Source: Gemmatimonadota bacterium (GTDB lineage: Bacteria > Gemmatimonadota > Gemmatimonadetes > Gemmatimonadales > GWC2-71-9). From it: a stretch of 64,000 nt of DNA. Shown piece by piece: positions 57,511 through 64,000 of this stretch. Position numbers and translations under genes: made by a program. Each line of letters opens with the position of its first letter. The first letter of the stretch is position 1. The DNA lies in the NCBI GenBank assembly GCA_036679645.1, contig JAZDCY010000015.1, positions 58,504 through 122,503 on the forward strand. Reading direction: 5' to 3'. Below the pieces are notes generated by a model. The model did not search any database. It saw nothing but the letters and a program-made list of their open reading frames with translations, and was not told the origin of the DNA.

Positions 57511-60148
57511 ATGAGCGAGTTAACCCAGCGTCTTTCCACCGCGATTGCCGACCGCTACAAGATCGAGCGTGAGGTCGGTGCGGGCGGCATGGCAACCGTC
57601 TACCTGGCGCAGGACGTCAAACACGACCGCCACGTCGCACTCAAGGTGTTGCGTCCCGAGCTGGCCGCCGTGATCGGTGCCGACCGATTCTTGCAGGAGA
57701 TCAAGGTCACCGCCAACCTGCAGCATCCCAACATCCTTGCACTGTATGACTCCGGTGAAGCGGACTCGTTCCTCTACTACGTGATGCCGTACATCGAGGG
57801 CGAGTCGCTGCGTGACACGCTGGATCGCGAAAAGCATTTGGCAGTCGATGACGCGGTCGAAATTGCGCGTGGCGTGGCGTCAGCGCTCGACTACGCGCAT
57901 CGGCACGACGTGATTCACCGCGACATCAAGCCCGAGAACATTCTGTTGCACGATGGGCGGCCGGTCGTGGCTGATTTTGGCATTGCGCTCGCCGTCTCCA
58001 CGGCCGGCGGTCATCGCCTGACCGAGACGGGGCTCTCGCTCGGCACACCGCACTACATGAGTCCCGAGCAGTCGATGGGTGACCGTGAGATCGATGCGCG
58101 GTCCGACATCTACTCGCTCGGCGCGATGTTGTACGAGATGCTCGCTGGCGAGCCGCCGTTCACGGGACCGACAGCGCAAGCGATCGTCGCCAAGGTCATC
58201 ACCGAGAAACCGGCCATGGTCACCATGGCGCGCGACACGGTCCCGCGCCACGTCGCGCTCACCATCTACCGTGCGTTGGCCAAGCTGCCGGCGGATCGGT
58301 GGCCCTCCGTTGCCGCATGGCGAGACGTTGGCTGGCGTCCCGGCGGCGGCGGGTCGCCCGGGATGGCGTGCGTGGGTGACCGATCCACGGTCAGTGGCGC
58401 TTGTAATCGTGATGATTGGAGCGCTAGTGCTGGGGGTGCAGCGCCGATCGGACTCAGCCGCCGGTGCCGAGCCGATCAGCGCGAGCTTCACGGTAGCGTT
58501 ACCGGCGGGTGAACGGTTCGTGACGGAACCACCGGCCGTTTCTCCCGATGGGCGGATACTGGTCTACGTGGTGCGAGATACCGCCGGACAGCGACTCCGC
58601 GTGCAGTCGCTCGATGCGTTCGGCTCACGCATCATCGATGGTACCGAGGGTGCGAGGCGCCCGTTCTTTTCGGGAGACGGCGCCCGCATCGGGTTCTGGG
58701 TCGGGGGCAGCCAGGTTGCTGTCGTTCCGATCGCGGGAGGTCGGCCGCAGATCATCGGCACGTTACCGGTATGGGGGGATCAACCGCTCTGGGCCGCGGA
58801 CGGGCGCATCCTCGTGGGTCAGATGGGATCGGGAATCTGGGCGCTCAAGGAAGGCGGGGGCGACGCGGAGCAGGTGACATTTCTGGATACAGCTGGCGGG
58901 GAGCGCGGGCACCTCTATCCTCGTGCGCTCCCGGGTGGACGTCTCTTGTTCAGCGTCGTGACCGACTCGGGGTTCGGACTGGCGACGCAGGCGGCCGACG
59001 CGGCATCGCACGAGCGGCTCTCTCTGGCGTTGGAAGGCCCGGCCGAGTATGTGAAGCCTGGCGTGCTGGTATTTCGTGCAGCCGGCCGCGTACATGCGGT
59101 GGCCTTCGATCCGCATGCCGCTCGCGTCCGCGGAACGCCCGTGCCAATCGACGACGCTATCGCACCACGGTACCCAGACAGTTGGCGACGTGCTCCGGCG
59201 GTAGGAGGCGGCACGGCGGCATACATCGAGGTCCTGGAGGTCGCTGATCGTCGGCTGATGTGGGTCGACCGCGCGGGCGGGCGCACTCCCATTGAGGGAA
59301 TTCGAGGTGACTTGCGCTGGCCGCGGCTGTCGCCCGGCGGCGACCGGGTGGCCGTCGGAGGCATTGACGGTACGCTGGATGAGGAGGACATCTGGGTGAT
59401 CGACCTGGCCAGCGGTACCCGCGTCCGCCTGCTGGCCCCCGGTCTGTTCCACACAGAACCTGTTTGGACCCGGGACGGCACGCGGGTGACGTACTCCTAT
59501 GAAGCGACTCCTTTCCCGTCGTTGGGATGGCAACCCGCTGACGGGAGCGGCCAATCCGAGCGAGTGCATGCTGCACCGTTCGAAGCCTGGGCCACCGACT
59601 GGTCACCCGACGGGTCCGAACTGCTTTTCTACGGCACGGGCGGCGTACCGGCTGTCGATGATATGTTCGTGGTCGATCTCGACGGGAACCGGCGCGCGAC
59701 CGTTGGCGGGGCGGGCGATCAGCGTGGCGGCCGGTTCTCTCCCGACGGTCGGTGGATTGCCTACCAGTCGAGCGAGACGGGTCATTACGAGGTGTACGTG
59801 CAGCCGTACCCATCGCTCGATCGGAAGTGGGCGGTGTCCGTAGGTGGGGGGACGGAGCCCGTTTGGGCGCCGAATGGACGCGATCTGTTCTTCCGAAATG
59901 GAGATCGTTTGATGGTCGTCTCCGTCAGCGCGGATTCGACATTCGCTGCGGGTACTCCCACGGAGTTGTTTCGTGGCGTGACGTTCAACGACCCCGCCGG
60001 CGATCAGAGTTATGACGTGAGTCCCGATGGCCGGCGTTTCCTGATGATCGATCCGGGTCCGGAGTCGGCGGTCGAGCTGCGAGTGATCGTCAATTGGGGT
60101 GAGCGGCTCGCGGCGTTCCTTCGTGAGCGACAAGCGGGTCGAGACTAG
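57511..60148 (+). pseudogene. Ser/Thr kinase-TM-beta-propeller gene split by one frameshift (or sequence error)
   Basis: Kinase ORF 57511..58512 runs to ADRWPSVAA; TM+propeller continue in ORF 58079..60148 from GETLAG; shift near 58316. Confidence 0.82.
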
Positions 60149-60169
60149 ATGAACGAGATCACCGGCGTT

Positions 60170-60351
60170 CCCGCGCTAAAGCACGGGCTCGGCGCTGCGC
60201 GGCGCGTCCTGAAGGACGCGAGGGCGGAGAGCCCTTCAGGGCCCACCGCGGCCCGCAGGGCCGCGCCGAGCCGGGGCTTCAGCCCCGGAACCGCGCACGG
60301 AGGCGAATGGCGGCGCGTCAGCCCCGGAACACCGCGCAAAGGCAGATGCCA
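60170..60351. repeat. REP-like multi-hairpin element, copy 1
   Basis: Hairpins CCCGCGC-TAAA-GCACGGG, GCGTCC-TGAA-GGACGC, GCCC-TTCA-GGGC, CCGGGGC-TTCA-GCCCCGG; near-identical to 63048..63229. Confidence 0.85.
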
Positions 60352-63006
60352 ATGAACGAGATAACGGGCCGCGTCAAAGCCGCCATTGCCGATCGCTATC
60401 GCATCGAGCGGGAAATCGGTGAGGGCGGTATGGCAACCGTCTACCTGGCGCACGATGTGAAGCACGATCGCAAGGTCGCGCTCAAGGTCCTGCGTCCCGA
60501 ACTGGCCGCCGTGATCGGCGCCGAACGCTTCCTACAGGAGATCAAGGTCACTGCCAATCTCCAGCATCCCCACATTCTCCCGCTCCACGACTCCGGCCAG
60601 ATCGACACGTTCCTCTACTACGTGATGCCCTACGTGGAAGGGGACACGCTGCGCGACAAGCTCGATCGCGAGAAGCAACTGGGCATAGACGACGCGATCG
60701 AGATCACGCGGAACGTCGCCTCGGCGCTCGACTACGCGCATCGGCAGAACGTGATCCACCGCGACATCAAGCCCGAGAACATCCTGTTGCACGATGGGCA
60801 GGCGTTGATTGCGGACTTCGGCATTGCGCTGGCGGTGAGTGAGGCTAGCGGCAATCGGCTGACGGAGACGGGGCTATCGCTTGGCACGCCGCACTACATG
60901 AGTCCCGAGCAGGCAATGGGCGATCGCGAGCTGGATGCGCGCAGTGACATCTACAGCCTCGGCGCCATGCTGTATGAGATGTTGGCGGGCGATCCACCGT
61001 ATCAGGGGAGTACGGCGCAGGCGATCGTGGCGAAGGTGATCACGGAGAAGGCGCCGCCGGTCACGGCGATACGCGATACAGTCCCCTCACATGTAGCGGC
61101 CGCGATTCAAAAGGCGTTGAGCAAGTTGCCGGCGGATCGGTTCCCTTCGGCGGCGGCCTTTGCGGAGGCGCTCGTGACACCGGGCGCCGTGCCGCTCACC
61201 CCAACTGTGGAAGCGGGTGCGGCAGTGCCCGCGCGCCGGCGTGACTGGCGCGCGATCGCGCTCGCCACGGCCCTCGTCCTGATGACCGGGCTTGCCGCTT
61301 GGGCAACGTGGCGGCCTCGGCCACCGCAACCCGTGTCGCGCTACAGTGTGCTCCTGCCCGCAGATCAGCGCATCGGTGGGTTCTTCGCGCGCATCGCGAT
61401 CACGCCAGACGGATCGCGATTGGTCTATAGCTCCGGTTCGGGACAACAGACGCAGCTATGGGTGCGGGAGCGCGACGATTTGGAAGCGACGCCGCTCGCA
61501 GGGACGAATGGCGCGTTCGCACCGTTTGTCTCTCCCGATGGAAGCCGGGTCGGGTTCTTTGCGGGTGGAGCGCTGAAGGCGGTGTCGCTGCGTGGTGGCC
61601 CGCCGATCACACTCGCCGACACCCTTGTCGGCGGCGGCGGGGCCACGTGGAGTCCCGATGGTTTCGTGTACGCCGAAGCAGCCGGCCCCAACCCGCTCGT
61701 GCGGGTCTTGGCATCGGCAGGTACGCCGGAGTGGTTTACGCGTATCGACTCGGCAAACGGTGAAATAAATCACATGTTTCCCGTCGCGTTGCCAAACGGC
61801 AAGGGTGTCCTCTTCCGAGTTGGACGCGGGAGCACGGCCCGGGAGTCGGATATCGCGGTCGCGGAGACGTCCACCGGCACCCACCGGATCCTCGTACGTG
61901 GAGTGTACGCGGTGTACGCCCGGTCCGGCCACCTGGTGTACGTCACGGCGGACGGGACGCTCCTGGCCGCACCATTCGATCAGGATGCCATGGAGCTGAC
62001 CAGTGAACCGACGGCGCTCGTGAGTAACGTGGGACTTCGCGTTCTCAGCCAACCAGACCTCGCCATCGCAGACGATGGGACCCTCGTGTACACCAGTGGC
62101 GGCGGCGGGGGCGTTGGTGGGGAACCCGTCTGGGTCGACCGTGACGGTGGTGCCGAGGCGGTGGCGCCTTCCTGGACCAGCTCGGCGGGTGCGCTCGCGC
62201 TGTCACCTACGGGGACACAGCTGGCCGTTGCGATCCTCGGAGATGGCGAGTCGAGCATCTGGGTGCGGCAGCTCAGCCGGGGCACGGTATCAAAGCTGAC
62301 CTTCGAATCCAACAATATCCGCCCCGTGTGGACACCTGACGGCCGCGACATCGTCTTCAGCTCCGACCGCCGTGGACAACTCGACCTCTACGTTCGTCGG
62401 GCCGATGGCACCGCACAGACGGAACTGCTGCTGGATCGACCACGTGTCGCCCAGGAATCGCGTCTGACGCGCGACGGTGCCTGGCTCGTTTACCGCGAAG
62501 GTGGGGGGCCGGACAGCGATCTCTTTGCGCGTCGCACCAGCGGTGATACCACTCCGGTGCCCCTTGCGGTGACCGAGTTCCAGGAGACGACTCCCAGCGT
62601 ATCGCCGGACGGACGCTGGTTGGCGTACGCCTCGGATGAAACCGGCCAGTCCGAGGTCTACGTGCGACCGTTTCCGGATGTGACGAGCGGAAAGTGGCTC
62701 GTATCGTCCGAGGGCGGGTCGGAGCCACTGTGGTCCCGTGACGGCCGGGAGCTGTTTTATCGGAACGCCAACAACGACATGGTCGCGGTCGAGGTTTCTC
62801 CCGAGAGGGCACCTCCGACCGGCCAGCAGCGCGTGCTGTTCTCCGCTAGCTCGTATGTGGCGGATGTCTTTCACCAGATGTACGACGTCACACCGGACGG
62901 CGAGCGGTTCGTCATGCTGCGCGTCGGCGGCGAACAGGCAGATGATTTGCAGCTCATCGTGGTGGAGAATTTCTTCGAGGTGCTGAAGAGTAAGGTGGGG
63001 TGGTGA
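60352..63006 (+). CDS. Ser/Thr kinase-TM-TolB/PD40 beta-propeller receptor
   Basis: Complete kinase motifs, TM, SPDG blades, VVENFFEVL. Confidence 0.93.
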   Translation: MNEITGRVKAAIADRYRIEREIGEGGMATVYLAHDVKHDRKVALKVLRPELAAVIGAERFLQEIKVTANLQHPHILPLHDSGQIDTFLYYVMPYVEGDTLRDKLDREKQLGIDDAIEITRNVASALDYAHRQNVIHRDIKPENILLHDGQALIADFGIALAVSEASGNRLTETGLSLGTPHYMSPEQAMGDRELDARSDIYSLGAMLYEMLAGDPPYQGSTAQAIVAKVITEKAPPVTAIRDTVPSHVAAAIQKALSKLPADRFPSAAAFAEALVTPGAVPLTPTVEAGAAVPARRRDWRAIALATALVLMTGLAAWATWRPRPPQPVSRYSVLLPADQRIGGFFARIAITPDGSRLVYSSGSGQQTQLWVRERDDLEATPLAGTNGAFAPFVSPDGSRVGFFAGGALKAVSLRGGPPITLADTLVGGGGATWSPDGFVYAEAAGPNPLVRVLASAGTPEWFTRIDSANGEINHMFPVALPNGKGVLFRVGRGSTARESDIAVAETSTGTHRILVRGVYAVYARSGHLVYVTADGTLLAAPFDQDAMELTSEPTALVSNVGLRVLSQPDLAIADDGTLVYTSGGGGGVGGEPVWVDRDGGAEAVAPSWTSSAGALALSPTGTQLAVAILGDGESSIWVRQLSRGTVSKLTFESNNIRPVWTPDGRDIVFSSDRRGQLDLYVRRADGTAQTELLLDRPRVAQESRLTRDGAWLVYREGGGPDSDLFARRTSGDTTPVPLAVTEFQETTPSVSPDGRWLAYASDETGQSEVYVRPFPDVTSGKWLVSSEGGSEPLWSRDGRELFYRNANNDMVAVEVSPERAPPTGQQRVLFSASSYVADVFHQMYDVTPDGERFVMLRVGGEQADDLQLIVVENFFEVLKSKVGW

Positions 63007-63047
63007 CCCGCGCGCGGAGGGAATGCTCGAGCGGAACCGGCGTTGTT

Positions 63048-63229
63048 CCCGCGCTGAAGCGCGGGCTCGGCGCTGTGCGGCGCGTCCTGAAGGACGCGTG
63101 GGCGGAGAGCCCTTCAGGGCCCACCGCGGCCCGCAGGGCCGCGCCGAGCCGGGGCTTCAGCCCCGGAACGGGGCGCGGGGGCCAACGCCGCGTCCTCAGC
63201 CCCGGAACACCGCGCAAAGGCAGATGCCA
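63048..63229. repeat. REP-like multi-hairpin element, copy 2
   Basis: Same 182-bp distance to the next kinase ATG and same hairpins as the 60170 copy. Confidence 0.85.
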
Positions 63230-64000
63230 ATGAACGAGATAACGGGCCGCGTCAAAGCCGCCATTGCCGACCGATACAAAATCGAGCGGGAAATCGGTGA
63301 GGGCGGCATGGCCACCGTCTACCTGGCGCACGACGTCAAACACGACCGCAAGGTCGCGCTCAAGGTCCTGCGTCCCGAACTCGCCGCCGTGATCGGCGCC
63401 GAGCGATTCCTGCAAGAGATCAAGGTCACCGCCAATCTCCAGCATCCGCATATTCTCCCACTCCACGACTCCGGTCAGATCGACACGTTCCTCTACTACG
63501 TGATGCCGTACGTGGAGGGGGACACGCTGCGCGACAAGCTCAAACGGGAAAAACAACTGGGCGTGGACGATGCGATCGAGATCACGCGGAACGTAGCCTC
63601 GGCGCTCGACTACGCGCACCGGCAGAACGTGATTCACCGGGACATCAAGCCGGAGAACATCCTGCTGCACGATGGGCAGGCGTTGATTGCGGACTTCGGC
63701 ATCGCGCTGGCGGTCAGTGAGGCGAGCGGGAATAGACTGACGGAGACGGGGCTCTCGATTGGTACGCCGCACTACATGAGTCCCGAGCAGGCAATGGGCG
63801 ATCGGGAGCTGGACGCGCGCAGCGACATCTATTCGCTAGGTGCAATGCTGTACGAGATGTTGGCGGGCGATCCGCCGTATCAGGGTAGTACGGCGCAGGC
63901 GATCGTGGCAAAGGTGATCACGGAGAAGGCGCCACCGGTGACGGCCGTGCGCGATACGGTCCCCTCGCACGTCGCTGCGGCAATTCAAAAGGCGTTGAGC
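63230..64000 (+). CDS. Ser/Thr kinase (3' truncated by window)
   Basis: [41 protein letters not shown]; near-identical to the 60352 kinase domain; absent from the ORF track because it has no stop in the window. Confidence 0.92.
   Translation, partial: MNEITGRVKAAIADRYKIEREIGEGGMATVYLAHDVKHDRKVALKVLRPELAAVIGAERFLQEIKVTANLQHPHILPLHDSGQIDTFLYYVMPYVEGDTLRDKLKREKQLGVDDAIEITRNVASALDYAHRQNVIHRDIKPENILLHDGQALIADFGIALAVSEASGNRLTETGLSIGTPHYMSPEQAMGDRELDARSDIYSLGAMLYEMLAGDPPYQGSTAQAIVAKVITEKAPPVTAVRDTVPSHVAAAIQKALS

Noticed and set aside
60149..63233. Similar small ORFs 60149..60355 and 63000..63233 as a new protein family
   Set aside because: They are translations of the palindromic REP-like element; conservation is better explained at DNA level
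3026..63772. Recurrent antisense ORFs (MQQDVLGLDV... type) opposite the kinase domains
   Set aside because: Shadow ORFs caused by conserved high-GC kinase codons; they fully overlap real genes
2..64000. Diversity-generating retroelement acting on the propellers
   Set aside because: No reverse transcriptase and no template/variable repeat pair differing mainly at adenines was seen

Overview
High-GC bacterial window; the gene families suggest Gemmatimonadota, but that is inference. Most of it is a co-oriented tandem array of 14 plus-strand Hanks-type Ser/Thr kinase genes (1-27.4 kb and 51.8-64 kb). They share a near-constant kinase domain followed by a highly divergent C-terminus: 11 have TM + TolB/PD40-like beta-propeller, 2 have TolB-like/TPR, and 1 is cut by the window edge. 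Between them lie VapBC-type toxin-antitoxin (TA) pairs, truncated kinase 5' stubs that end at a shared REP-like hairpin, and 7-nt-periodic palindromic repeats. The window has 7 intact TA pairs plus 1 decayed, each intact pair with an apparent leaderless sigma70-type promoter. The middle holds a cytochrome c-PQQ dehydrogenase and yajQ, then an island bounded by a duplicated amidohydrolase 3' end. The island encodes a secreted 8-Cys defensin-like peptide, a TlpA-like redoxin and a DUF4876/TonB-receptor/beta-barrel trio. After it come three tandem DUF3179-like genes with in-frame UGA in a UxxC motif and SECIS-like hairpins (selenoproteins missed by the ORF track), DUF1028, a GMC oxidoreductase and a reverse-strand kinase with four PPC-like repeats. 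No integrase, transposase, rRNA, tRNA or CRISPR array was recognised.
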